Shown one piece after another: positions 40,004-50,070 of a DNA stretch of 64,000 nt. A program made the position numbers and the translations under genes. Source of the stretch: a virus. The stretch covers positions 1 to 64,000 of the IMG/VR virus record IMGVR_UViG_3300035696_001556; one strand, given 5' to 3'. The notes below the pieces were generated by a model. It was given only the letters and a program-made list of their open reading frames with translations, ran no database searches and was not told where the DNA came from. The number at the start of each line of letters is the position of its first letter. Position 1 is the stretch's first letter.

Positions 40004-40885
40004 ATGGCAGAGATGATCAGTAACGAAGTCAAGCAGCAATTGATAGGTGATTATATCAAGACAGCTGCTGGACGTGCTAAACTGGCTGCATCCATGATTC
40101 AACCTTTGCGTGCACGTAGAGACTATACCTCAGTAGCGCGTAAGGCTTTCTTGGTTGAGCAGCTTCCTGATGGCGCACTCCCAATCTACGACAAAGACCC
40201 GAACGTAACGGCCTTTGTTATCGGTGAGGAAGGCGAAAACGTTCTTGCGATTATCAAACCACGTAGGGTTATATTCCCGTTGTTTGAAATCGCGTCCAAC
40301 CCTGAAATTCCATTGACACAGGTCAAGGAAAGACGTTTCGATTTGATCGAGCGTGCTCAGGACTTGGCAAAGGCTCAGATTCAGGCCGCTGAAGATGCCA
40401 GAGCTTTTGATGTTATGGATGCAGTGGCCACGGTTGGTTTTGATAACCTTGGTGCAGCCTATACAAATGCTCAGGTCAATGCTACAGCTCCTATCAAGCC
40501 TGCAGATTTTATCGATGCGTTTGCTCGCATTGAGACTCACGATCTACGCGTAGCCCGCATTTTCATGAATGCTTTGGATTACGCCGATGTTCGTAAGTGG
40601 GGTAGGGACGTTCTGGACATCGAGTCTCAGGCCAGTCTGTTGAAGACCGGTTTGATGGCGACTGTTTGGGGCGCACAGCTCATCGTCACTCGTAAGGTAG
40701 ATCCGGGTTATGCCTACGTGTGTGCAGAGCCCGAGTTCTTCGGTCGTATTCCCGTGAGAACCGAACTTACGGTGCTTTCAGCAGATGATCCAAAGGCAAG
40801 ACGTATTGGATTCTCATGCTTTGAGAACCTTGGAATCGGTTGCCACAACCCGCTGGCAGTTACCAGAATCACAATCGCTCGTTAA
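40004..40885 (+). CDS. Major capsid protein (HK97-like fold)
   Basis: Strong RBS, biased codon usage, position, and motifs PLFEIASNPEI, AQIQAAED, RIFMN, WGAQLIV, FENLGIGCHNP. Confidence 0.8.
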   Translation: MAEMISNEVKQQLIGDYIKTAAGRAKLAASMIQPLRARRDYTSVARKAFLVEQLPDGALPIYDKDPNVTAFVIGEEGENVLAIIKPRRVIFPLFEIASNPEIPLTQVKERRFDLIERAQDLAKAQIQAAEDARAFDVMDAVATVGFDNLGAAYTNAQVNATAPIKPADFIDAFARIETHDLRVARIFMNALDYADVRKWGRDVLDIESQASLLKTGLMATVWGAQLIVTRKVDPGYAYVCAEPEFFGRIPVRTELTVLSADDPKARRIGFSCFENLGIGCHNPLAVTRITIAR

Positions 40886-40907
40886 GCAATTAACGGACAG
40901 ATTGAAG

Positions 40908-40936
40908 AAGGCTGGAGAGACACTCCGGCCTTTTTT
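40908..40936 (+). terminator. Intrinsic terminator after the capsid gene
   Basis: aaggctggag-agaca-ctccggcctt followed by a T run. Confidence 0.85.
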
Positions 40937-40962
40937 ATTTATTATCTTTATCCAAAAAATTC

Positions 40963-40991
40963 TTGCAAAAAATTAGTATTCATGGTATATT
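40963..40991 (+). promoter_or_regulatory. Sigma70-type promoter with extended -10
   Basis: TTGCAA-17 nt-TATATT with TG at the extended -10 position, then aggagg RBS. Confidence 0.65.
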
Positions 40992-41009
40992 TAAGATAGG
41001 AGGTATTAT

Positions 41010-43133
41010 ATGCAATATGCTTTTAATAAACTGGATAAAGACAGTCTTTTGAAACTCTATACTGAATTTGGTTTCAGATTAAAAGAGATAGGAGCTATGG
41101 TAGGTATATCTGAAGACGCTGTGATTAAAAGAGTGAAGCTATACGGTATACCGACGATCCCCAGAGATAAAATAAAAGAAAACGTAGATGTCCTTTATAC
41201 AGGTAAAAAGAAAGACAAGAAAAAAGAATTAACAAACGATGAGCTGTTGCGTCTATGCAGGATTGGATATTCAGATGCGGCTATCGGTGAAATGTACAAT
41301 ATGACCGGCGAAGGAATTGCTTATAGAAGAAAAAAGGTGGGTATAGATTTATCCATAAAATTTAATGAAACAAAAGATAATGTAGCCAAATTAAAAGAGA
41401 CCCCAAAAGAAGTTCTTACCTTTGATTATTATAATTTAACTCAAGAAGAGTTTTCAGATAAATATGGTATATCCAAAGCTGTTTGGAGGCCCTATTTGAA
41501 AAGTTTGTGTATCAAAGGAAAAGAGGCCAATAGAATAGATAGTTATCCTCCTTTCAACAAAAGTCAAAGAGATCTTATTATTGGAGGTCTGTTGGGAGAT
41601 GGATCAGTAAGTCAAGGTGTTCGATACTATGAGTCTCATTCTAATAAACAAAGACTGTACATCCTCAAAAAATTCCAAATATTAGAACCATATTCTTCTG
41701 AGATACATCCTTGTGATGAAAATACCGGTTTAAGATTCTTGACTATTCATCATCCAAACTTCATGGAGTTTTATAATGTTTTTTATGAAAAAGGCCTAGA
41801 AGGAAAACTTATACCAGTTGAGTTTATTAAGAATAATTGGTCAGATGAAATTTTAGCATATTGGTTTTTGGATGATGGATACTATGATGACGAAGCCAAT
41901 GAGTTTTTTATAAGTAATCTGTGCCCAAAGATAAATCAGTTAGAGGATTTTTTGAGTTTTTTAAATGAGAGATATGGTTGGAATTTTCATTATTCTTTTT
42001 TTAAAAATATCTATAATATAATATTCTCAAAAGAATATTATAAAGATTTCGTGGATATAGTTCTCAAAGTAGCGACTCCAGATATGTATTACAAGATACC
42101 AGAGAAGTGCCTTACTCCTGTGATGGTTTCATCTGTGCCTTTTGAAGAGGCTTACTCGGTAAAACCTAAATTTTACAGATTAGCTTCCCTTGAGAATAAG
42201 ACTAAAATGGAGATTCTTCTTTTTAACTATTATAGAAAAAGGGGGTTTCCTTACTCTCGGGTAACGCCTAAAAGATTAGATTATCTTTTGAATTGTTTTA
42301 AAGATTTGGAAATTAAAGTAGAAGGCGGTAGGATCGCACACAATGCTTCCGGCATTAAGTTATGCGAAAATTTCTTTCCTAATCTATATGAATGCTACCA
42401 AAAAGGGCACAAGACACCTATAGATCAATGGAATGAAGACGGTAGCCTTCAAAGACTGATTAAAAATAGATTAGAATATGCTGATAGAATATCTGATGCT
42501 TCTGTTCGAACAGGAATAAAACTACTGTTTAACGCCGTCACCAATTTCAAGCCTATTATCGCTAAGTATCTTTATCAGAAGTACGCCAAGAACGGCAAAG
42601 TTTATGATTATAGCTGTGGCTTCGGGTCCAGGATGTTGGCGGCAATGTCTCTGGATATGGAATATGTTGGTTGTGAGCCAAATTTGAAGACTTACGAAAA
42701 TCTTCAAAAGTTTGGCGTATTCTTGGCAGAGAGGACAAAAGGAAGTTTTTTTGTTACTGATAAAGGATCTGAAGAGTTCATATATAAAGAAAGCTATTTT
42801 GATTTAGCTTTTTCTTCCCCTCCTTTTTTTGATTATGAAGTATACTCTCAAGATCCTGGGCAAAGCATAGTTAAATACTCAAACTACGAAGATTGGCTGA
42901 TAGGGTTTTGGAGAAAAGTAATAGAGAACTGTCGTACTATGCTTGTTCCGGGGGGACATTTTGGAGTATGTATAAGTCTTAATCAGCACGAGCATATGAT
43001 TAAAAAAACTATAAAATTTTGTGCTGAAATAGGCTTCATTTTGGTAGAGGAGCTCAGAGCGCCCTACAAGCAGTTATTCTCTAAGAATGAAGATAAATAT
43101 GATTTGATTTTAATCTATAAAAAATCAAACTGA
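41010..43133 (+). CDS. HTH repeats + LAGLIDADG endonuclease + amino-DNA methyltransferase fusion
   Basis: HTH-like LKEIGAMVGISEDAVIKR and DAAIGEMYNMTGEGIAYR; LIIGGLLGDGS and LAYWFLDDG; SAM motif VYDYSCGFGSR, GCEPN; catalytic FSSPPFF. Confidence 0.8.
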   Translation: MQYAFNKLDKDSLLKLYTEFGFRLKEIGAMVGISEDAVIKRVKLYGIPTIPRDKIKENVDVLYTGKKKDKKKELTNDELLRLCRIGYSDAAIGEMYNMTGEGIAYRRKKVGIDLSIKFNETKDNVAKLKETPKEVLTFDYYNLTQEEFSDKYGISKAVWRPYLKSLCIKGKEANRIDSYPPFNKSQRDLIIGGLLGDGSVSQGVRYYESHSNKQRLYILKKFQILEPYSSEIHPCDENTGLRFLTIHHPNFMEFYNVFYEKGLEGKLIPVEFIKNNWSDEILAYWFLDDGYYDDEANEFFISNLCPKINQLEDFLSFLNERYGWNFHYSFFKNIYNIIFSKEYYKDFVDIVLKVATPDMYYKIPEKCLTPVMVSSVPFEEAYSVKPKFYRLASLENKTKMEILLFNYYRKRGFPYSRVTPKRLDYLLNCFKDLEIKVEGGRIAHNASGIKLCENFFPNLYECYQKGHKTPIDQWNEDGSLQRLIKNRLEYADRISDASVRTGIKLLFNAVTNFKPIIAKYLYQKYAKNGKVYDYSCGFGSRMLAAMSLDMEYVGCEPNLKTYENLQKFGVFLAERTKGSFFVTDKGSEEFIYKESYFDLAFSSPPFFDYEVYSQDPGQSIVKYSNYEDWLIGFWRKVIENCRTMLVPGGHFGVCISLNQHEHMIKKTIKFCAEIGFILVEELRAPYKQLFSKNEDKYDLILIYKKSN

Positions 43134-43199
43134 TTAATTTTCTCTCAACTCTCCCCCATAATAACCTCATATTATTTTGATCTCTAAAAAGGGGATACT

Positions 43200-43655
43200 A
43201 TGAGGTCAAAATTCATGATTGCCGCTTTCGTTGGCTTTATTTTAAGCCTAGCTTTTGGAGCCATGAATGTACAGAAATATATGGTTCCTACCAAAGAAGA
43301 CCTAGGCGTCTACAAAAACGAAATCCATGAACTATATGACAAACCGGTTTTTACAGTAGGACCAGAAGACAGACTCCTGATCATATTTGAAAGCAGGCAC
43401 TACTATAAAGTCCAAACAACGGACAACAAATCTGGGTGGGTCGAGAAACAGTTTCTGGTTCCCGCAGTCAAAGTTAGAGCCAAACCTCTTGTGTTCGAAG
43501 ATGCCCAAGTTATAGGGTATCTTGATAATCCAGTCCTTCTCTATATCATAGATGCTAACAATGTCAACGCTGATCCTATTAAGTTAGATCGTTCGTTTAA
43601 GTACGAACTCCACCAAAATACCGATATGGAGACCATAGAGCGTCAAGCTAAGTAA
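43200..43655 (+). CDS. Secreted SH3-like domain protein
   Basis: Signal peptide; YYKVQTTDNKSGWVEKQFL. Confidence 0.65.
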   Translation: MRSKFMIAAFVGFILSLAFGAMNVQKYMVPTKEDLGVYKNEIHELYDKPVFTVGPEDRLLIIFESRHYYKVQTTDNKSGWVEKQFLVPAVKVRAKPLVFEDAQVIGYLDNPVLLYIIDANNVNADPIKLDRSFKYELHQNTDMETIERQAK

Positions 43656-43666
43656 CCCGTTCCCCT

Positions 43667-43684
43667 TAATACTCTACTATTATT
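43667..43684 (+). promoter_or_regulatory. 18-bp conserved intergenic motif
   Basis: taatactctactattatt. Confidence 0.6.
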
Positions 43685-43721
43685 TCTACCCAAATGTAGC
43701 ATATCCCGCGAAAGGGCTATC

Positions 43722-44414
43722 ATGAGACAGTTGATAACCTCACGTCTCCATATTATTGCCTCAGAAATGAAGGAAAAAGGAGAAACCGACGATCTTTTCA
43801 AAAAGATTAAAGATGAGTACGGTATAACCGTATTGCCAGATAATAAGTGTGAGAATGTAAAGAAACTATATGAAGCTCTTCAGAAGTTACCAGCGCAGTT
43901 AGTAAGAGATTGTAAAATAGATACCATGGATTTCAAGGATCTTGGACCATCGAGAAAATTCTATCCAAATCATGGCAGCTATAAAAAAGGAGTCCTTACC
44001 ATAAATGAGCGCATCTTGAAAGATCGATCCATGGAAGTGGATCCTTCTGGAAAGAAAATGTCTAAATTCGAGCAGACTTATTTTCATGAGTTAGGACATG
44101 GTTTTGACGAGAAGAAGAAGGGTGAATCGAAATGGCTGAGTCTCAAAGATGACTGGACTGAGTTATCCGGATGGTCTGAAAAACCTAAGCCTAGATTTAA
44201 AAGGCTTATAATAAGGGAAGAGGGCACGCCGGAAGTAAAAGGAGAGTGGTATTATTCTCCAGATGCTAAATTCCCGAGGTTCTATGGAAAGAGAAATCCC
44301 TGGGACGATTTTGCCGACAGTTTTTCGTATTACGTAGCGGGTTTGAGAAACTTTTTACCTGAGAATAAAAGAAAATATTTTGATGATCTTCTCAAAGAGT
44401 ACAAGATCAAATGA
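43722..44414 (+). CDS. Zincin-like metallopeptidase
   Basis: HELGH and YGKRNPWDDFADSF. Confidence 0.7.
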   Translation: MRQLITSRLHIIASEMKEKGETDDLFKKIKDEYGITVLPDNKCENVKKLYEALQKLPAQLVRDCKIDTMDFKDLGPSRKFYPNHGSYKKGVLTINERILKDRSMEVDPSGKKMSKFEQTYFHELGHGFDEKKKGESKWLSLKDDWTELSGWSEKPKPRFKRLIIREEGTPEVKGEWYYSPDAKFPRFYGKRNPWDDFADSFSYYVAGLRNFLPENKRKYFDDLLKEYKIK

Positions 44415-45310
44415 ATACCCTCGATGAAAAAGCAAGGATAGTCCTGCAGCCTGAATCTTTTGAGCACTATATAAAGGCACTCAACTTAGAACCAATAGAA
44501 AAGGTAAAAGAAAGATTCGAGAAGGTAAGGCCTGTCAATGAGATGATCCCGTATATAAACAATGGTCAGCTGGATAAAGATCGAACAAGATTAGAGTTGG
44601 AAACCGGTAAAGTCATAAATAAGAATCAGCCCGGAAAATTTTTGGTAAACATGAATCCAGAGCTTGTGAGAAGAATGTATAAGCCACAAAATGTTATAAA
44701 CTTCTACGAAAAAGAGTTAAAAACTGTCGGTAAGAGTGCAAGCTTAGAATCTCTTAATTGCAAGATAGCAGCTATTACTCTCCTTAATACTATAAAACCT
44801 AAACTCAGAGGATTTTCAAAATATATAGCGGCTCTTGATGAGGCTTCTTGGTATCTCGAGGAGGAGCCCCGAATAAGATCTTCGGAGAGGCTTTATAAAT
44901 TAAGTTCAAAACTTCCCAAGGATAAGTGTGCGAGTCAGATCGAACGCATAAAGACAGTAGCTGCCCAGCTTAATGATCCAGGCTATAAGGATCCAGGTAG
45001 AGTAACAACCAAGGGGCACCAGACTTTAGCCCAGCTTATGATAGAGACAAAAGGGACGGTACAAGAATTTCTTAAGAAAGTTGAAGAGTGGGCTAAACCT
45101 GAGGAGAAAGATACCTATAAGGACAGAATGGTCAAGCAGATTTATAATTTTTTCATCAAGCATATGGAACATCACAAGACGGATACACCTCAGGATATGA
45201 TAAAGGTAAACAAGGAAGCGGATGAGCTCGTTTCAGAGATCATAAAAGCTGCAAGCATATCACAGCAACTTATAGACAAAATTGAAAAATATAAGAGAAC
45301 ATTAAATTAA
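44411..45310 (+). CDS. hypothetical protein
   Basis: 299-aa ORF with ATGA coupling. Confidence 0.7.
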   Translation: MNTLDEKARIVLQPESFEHYIKALNLEPIEKVKERFEKVRPVNEMIPYINNGQLDKDRTRLELETGKVINKNQPGKFLVNMNPELVRRMYKPQNVINFYEKELKTVGKSASLESLNCKIAAITLLNTIKPKLRGFSKYIAALDEASWYLEEEPRIRSSERLYKLSSKLPKDKCASQIERIKTVAAQLNDPGYKDPGRVTTKGHQTLAQLMIETKGTVQEFLKKVEEWAKPEEKDTYKDRMVKQIYNFFIKHMEHHKTDTPQDMIKVNKEADELVSEIIKAASISQQLIDKIEKYKRTLN

Positions 45311-45328
45311 GATCAAATAGGAGGCTCT

Positions 45329-45799
45329 ATGAACAAGCTTGTTGGGATGTTCACAGGATCTGGTAAACCTGATGAAAAAATCAGCTCCATGAGAGTGGCA
45401 TCACTTGCTGTGGTGTTTGTAGTCCTTGCCATCTACGTTGCTCAAAACATCATTTCGATGGTACATAACGGAGGGATAGTATCTCTTAGCTGGGAAATGG
45501 TCTCATTGCTAACTGCAGTCCTTGGAGTGAAAGCCTATCAGCACAGAAACGAACTTATTAATGGCAACGGTAGTGGTGGAGATGACGATGACGACGAGAC
45601 TACCACTGCTGTGCGCCCTGAGCCTACTGTGCCAGCAGCGATAGTGGCTCCACCCGGAACACCTGTAGCGATAACACCGGTGCCTTCTAACATAACTAGT
45701 TCTGGATTATCTAATGTGAGTAAAATCGCCGCAGAAGTAGAGAATCCTAAAGTCCTTTCCGCTGTAGAAAAGGTTGCTGAGATGGTGGAGAAGAAGTAA
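45329..45799 (+). CDS. Two-TM membrane protein (holin-like)
   Basis: SSMRV followed by two hydrophobic segments ending LGVKAYQ. Confidence 0.55.
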   Translation: MNKLVGMFTGSGKPDEKISSMRVASLAVVFVVLAIYVAQNIISMVHNGGIVSLSWEMVSLLTAVLGVKAYQHRNELINGNGSGGDDDDDETTTAVRPEPTVPAAIVAPPGTPVAITPVPSNITSSGLSNVSKIAAEVENPKVLSAVEKVAEMVEKK

Positions 45800-45800
45800 A

Positions 45801-47243
45801 ATGCCACACGCAGGTAAGTTCAAAGTTAAAAAGAACTTCATGTCGAAATGCATGCGTACGACCAAACGTGAGGGTAAAAAACCCGATCAAAGTCTGGCGC
45901 AGTGCCTTTCGATGTGGAGAGAGAAACATAGGGGTAAGGATGCGGCGGATGAGTCTCTTGCTTATAAAGATCCTCACCCAAATTATGTGAAAGATCATGG
46001 AAACTGTCCTATATGTGGAGAACACTATGAGATGACATGCAAATGTCGATTAGGGAATAAAATATGCCCTAATAAACATGGATGGCACACATGTCCAATA
46101 CATAAAAAAGTTTTTATAGGAGATTCACACAGACTAGGTGTATTAAGAGCAGGGTCTAAATGCGTGTGCCCTATAGAAGAAGATAATTCTTTATCTCCTG
46201 AAAAAGATGCTTTCCAGAATTACTATGATCAAGAAGATGGCGGAGATGTAGCTCTACCTAAAGATTTAAAAAGTCGTAAAGATTTAAAAAATCGTAAACA
46301 AAAAGATGCTTCTGTAATAGACAGAGTCGCAGGTAATCTTGAAAAGACAATGGAGCAGGCCGAAAAATCCGATAAGCCTACAGTGTTCCTGGGAGGATCT
46401 TGCAAAGACAATAAGTGGAGAGAAGATCTAAAGGACGAGTTCAAGGACAAGCTCTTTTTTATAGATCCCTACGACCCTGATTGGGACCCCGAAGAAAACA
46501 TTTATAAAGAATTAGAAGCAATAGTTAATGCGGATCATAGTATATTTTATGATAGTGGGGAGGGCTCGGACAAGGAGATGGAGTTCCTAGATAATACAGA
46601 CAGGGATTATGAGGAGTTTGACGATTTAGAGGATTTAAAAGGTTATTTGAATAGGTTGGCAGAACCGGTAACTAAGAAAGCATGCGTTTCGGAAATGCTT
46701 AGGAGAGTAGCAAGACTCCTGGAATCCCATGAAAAATATGGATTTTTGGGAATCAAAGTACCGGATAACATAGCGAATAAGATTAAAGCCGTAGGCAAAG
46801 AAATCCCTGACAATGAGCTTTATCTCGATACCGAAGGTTATGGGTCTTCATCTAAAACAGGCCGAGAAAATGATACTCATATAACTTTAGTGTTCGGTTT
46901 AAGATTTAGTGATCCAGACATATTAAAAGAGGATTTTAAGGGCGTCGAACCTTTTACGGTAACGCTTAATAAAACATCTTTATTTACAGAAAATCCAAAA
47001 TGTGATGTGTTGAAGGTTGGAGTAAATAGCCCTGCTCTTCAGGATCTTCATGAGAAACTTAGAGAGAAATATCATCCTTCAAAAGAAAAAAGTAGTTATA
47101 TACCTCATTGCACAATTTCGTATATGAAAAAAGGTTATGCGGAAAAATATATAGACAAAGATTTCAGTGAATACACATTTAAAGTCAATGAAGTTTTCTT
47201 CTCATATGAAAGTAAAAAGACTACCATTAAACTGGGTAGATAA
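45801..47243 (+). CDS. Multidomain protein: Cys-rich modules + NDT-like domain + 2H phosphodiesterase (Acb1-like)
   Basis: PTVFLGGSC....WR...FIDPY..DW; GRENDTHITL and YIPHCTI (two HxT motifs). Confidence 0.75.
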   Translation: MPHAGKFKVKKNFMSKCMRTTKREGKKPDQSLAQCLSMWREKHRGKDAADESLAYKDPHPNYVKDHGNCPICGEHYEMTCKCRLGNKICPNKHGWHTCPIHKKVFIGDSHRLGVLRAGSKCVCPIEEDNSLSPEKDAFQNYYDQEDGGDVALPKDLKSRKDLKNRKQKDASVIDRVAGNLEKTMEQAEKSDKPTVFLGGSCKDNKWREDLKDEFKDKLFFIDPYDPDWDPEENIYKELEAIVNADHSIFYDSGEGSDKEMEFLDNTDRDYEEFDDLEDLKGYLNRLAEPVTKKACVSEMLRRVARLLESHEKYGFLGIKVPDNIANKIKAVGKEIPDNELYLDTEGYGSSSKTGRENDTHITLVFGLRFSDPDILKEDFKGVEPFTVTLNKTSLFTENPKCDVLKVGVNSPALQDLHEKLREKYHPSKEKSSYIPHCTISYMKKGYAEKYIDKDFSEYTFKVNEVFFSYESKKTTIKLGR

Positions 47244-47278
47244 TAACCAAATCAAATCCAAATGAAAGGGGTAAGGTT

Positions 47279-48406
47279 ATGGACAAGTACAAAGCGATTC
47301 AAGAGTTCAGAGTAAACTTCAGTAACGATTCGGTTACTGTAAAGCGTGGAACGACCTTTGATTTCGACGGAATGAACATCGAAGTCATGAATTGGGACGG
47401 CGAAATGAAAAAAGGCACTGCCCCGATGCTTAGAAAATGGGTCGGAACATGGTTGGTCCCGGTGAAACCGAAAGAGCCAGGGCTTTCAACATCTGCCACG
47501 GTTACACAAGGGCCTGTTACGCCTGCCCCTGTAGTTCGCACAGCATCTGCTATCGAACGCCAGGAAGTCAACGAACCAGACGAAGCCAAGGTAATCATGC
47601 AGGATGATGACGGTCTTGCAGCGATGATAGATAATTACGAGAAGAGTTCCCATCTGCAGGAGAGGAAGCACGCCACTGTCATCAATGACGATACTTCCAT
47701 AGTGAAACAAGTGAGAAAACTTGCAGGTGACAATCTTACAAAGAATACCTCAACTGTTCAGATCGAGGATTCGGAAGTGGGAAGAAGAACTGTTATCTCC
47801 AGAGAGCAACAGGTTGCCAAGAGCACTTCTTACAATCCGACCTTGGAAGCTTCCGAACCTAAGAAGCAACGCCGGGAAGTTATCTCTGACGGCGAAGGTG
47901 TAGTGGTGAAAAAGACAAGTACACAAGCCGTTTTCAAGAATGAGATCAATGAGTCCGTCAGGGTAACGGAGACAGAAAGCGGAGATACTATCATAGAAGG
48001 CGCGGTAGCAAAAGAAGTTACTTATGAGGCCTCTGATCCAGCGATTGTTACTGGATCGACGACACAGGCACAAACTGTTGGATCTAAAATAGGTTCGAAT
48101 CCTAAGAAGGCTGCAGAAGAAAAAGCCAAAAGATTGAAACAGGTTGGAGCAGTTATCTTGGATAAACAGGAAGGCGTAGTCGTTAAAAAAGTTCGTAAGG
48201 ATGAAGGAGAAAAAACTTCAGCCGAGGGATTTGTAGCCAAGCTCTCTGTTGGAAAAAATGAAGAGAAACGTGGAGAGGTTGAGTTTGGTGGAGATGTAGA
48301 CGGCATCATAGGTGGAGAAGCGACCGTCTCAAGCGGTGGACCTTCCGTCGTAGATGCTTCTGATGCGGGTGTAGATATATCTGATATCTTAGACAACATC
48401 AAATAA
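47279..48406 (+). CDS. hypothetical protein with repeated EGVVVKK-type units
   Basis: 375-aa ORF. Confidence 0.7.
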   Translation: MDKYKAIQEFRVNFSNDSVTVKRGTTFDFDGMNIEVMNWDGEMKKGTAPMLRKWVGTWLVPVKPKEPGLSTSATVTQGPVTPAPVVRTASAIERQEVNEPDEAKVIMQDDDGLAAMIDNYEKSSHLQERKHATVINDDTSIVKQVRKLAGDNLTKNTSTVQIEDSEVGRRTVISREQQVAKSTSYNPTLEASEPKKQRREVISDGEGVVVKKTSTQAVFKNEINESVRVTETESGDTIIEGAVAKEVTYEASDPAIVTGSTTQAQTVGSKIGSNPKKAAEEKAKRLKQVGAVILDKQEGVVVKKVRKDEGEKTSAEGFVAKLSVGKNEEKRGEVEFGGDVDGIIGGEATVSSGGPSVVDASDAGVDISDILDNIK

Positions 48407-48417
48407 GTAGGTTTAAA

Positions 48418-50052
48418 TTGACTGTCGCTGCCAGAAATGTTATTAGTCGATATTTCGAAGATGAGCAGGATAGTCTGGATCCTACCATTGATGAATTGGA
48501 TTTTGTCGAATATTTAAAGAAGCAGAATATAGGGTCCCCTTGGAAAGAAAAAGGGGACTCTACTTACAATCCTTATGATTACAAGGATCCTGACAGCAAG
48601 GTAAAAGATACTAAGGAATCAGAGCCTTTCTACAAAGACATCCCTGAAATGCCTTCATTCGGAAGAAAACGTGTCTTTAAAGATGAGATGCCATTAGAAT
48701 ATTGGCTTCGTACGAGAAGACAGGACGATACTCTTCCGGCACAAGAACAAGCACCGGCTATGAGTTTGGATAACAGGTATGCTTCCGTTCAGAATGTTGT
48801 AGCAGAATATTTGATGTCTCAAATACCTATCGTGGCATCTTTTAATGATCTCGAACAGGATAGTCATTCTAGAAAGTTTTATAGGACAGTAGCGTGTCTT
48901 GCTAAAAATGCAGCGACGCTTAATGAGATCGTTGCAAAGCATCACCATAAAAAGCACACAGTTGATTCCTTGGGCGCAGAGAATGTGCATGTTACGTGGA
49001 AAAGATCCAACAGCGCCGAGAACATCAAAAAGGGGTTTGTAGCTTTTACGGCAAGAAGTCCTGATTCTGGTGAGACACACACAGTCTACTTCCAATTTTT
49101 GAAGGATGATGAGGAAGATGTTACCGATCCCGACAAAGTGAAGAGTTATGCCGATATCCCGGTTACGATGGCTTGTACGTGTGAATCTTTTCTGTTTTAC
49201 GGAGCTCAGTGGTATGCTTTACAAGGTATGTACATGTACATGCCTGCATTAAGGAGATCTATACTTCCTCCTGTTCCAGAGACCAGAGTATCGAGAGTAC
49301 AAAGAGGGAAGGGATTAAACTTTAGGGTTTGCAAGCATATCCTGGCTTGTTATGACATAGTCAAGCAGTGGCAGATAAAGACTATCTTCAAAAATTTCAT
49401 GAAGTATACCCCATTGTCGAGGATCGTTAACCCTCAGCAATGGAAACAGTCTTTTGGGATGGATTTCACTTATACAAACATAATGGAATATCTGAAGAAG
49501 CCCTATCCTATCCCGATTGCTATAAAGAATTTCTATAGATATAAACAAGAATCACCAGAAGAAAAAGAGGCTCTGAAGGCTCTTAATGAGTATTTCAAGG
49601 ATAAGTGGTCCAGGAAATCTACAGGGGACAAGCTGGCCGTTCTAAAATCGTACATAAATCACCCAGAAGAGATTTTTTATTTTCTCATGAGAGAAGCAGT
49701 AGAAAAGCACGGGAATATTAATGAGAGACTGGCTAAAGAAGGCATTATCCTTATCTCTAAGACGGTAGATCCTAACTACGCTCAGGTTTTGATTAAAGGA
49801 GATCTTGAAGCTGTTCCTAAAGGTGTTCCTGTAGAGGAAGATGAAGAGAAGGGTGCGATAAAGACTGAAGAGAAAGGGATGCCTATAGTTAAGCCTCCTG
49901 AGGAGAAAGAGCCAGGAAAGAAGCTCTATAAGACTCCTAAGACTAAGAGATTCGAACCTGAAAAGAAAGAACCAGGTAGAGGAAGATTTGATGAGAATGT
50001 AAAGCACGCTCCTAAAGGAGTCAAACCTGTCAAATCTCCTTTAAAGATATAA
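48418..50052 (+). CDS. SWIM zinc-finger-containing protein
   Basis: ACTCESF...CKHILA; TTG start. Confidence 0.7.
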   Translation: MTVAARNVISRYFEDEQDSLDPTIDELDFVEYLKKQNIGSPWKEKGDSTYNPYDYKDPDSKVKDTKESEPFYKDIPEMPSFGRKRVFKDEMPLEYWLRTRRQDDTLPAQEQAPAMSLDNRYASVQNVVAEYLMSQIPIVASFNDLEQDSHSRKFYRTVACLAKNAATLNEIVAKHHHKKHTVDSLGAENVHVTWKRSNSAENIKKGFVAFTARSPDSGETHTVYFQFLKDDEEDVTDPDKVKSYADIPVTMACTCESFLFYGAQWYALQGMYMYMPALRRSILPPVPETRVSRVQRGKGLNFRVCKHILACYDIVKQWQIKTIFKNFMKYTPLSRIVNPQQWKQSFGMDFTYTNIMEYLKKPYPIPIAIKNFYRYKQESPEEKEALKALNEYFKDKWSRKSTGDKLAVLKSYINHPEEIFYFLMREAVEKHGNINERLAKEGIILISKTVDPNYAQVLIKGDLEAVPKGVPVEEDEEKGAIKTEEKGMPIVKPPEEKEPGKKLYKTPKTKRFEPEKKEPGRGRFDENVKHAPKGVKPVKSPLKI

Positions 50053-50070
50053 AATTTAGATTGAAATATT

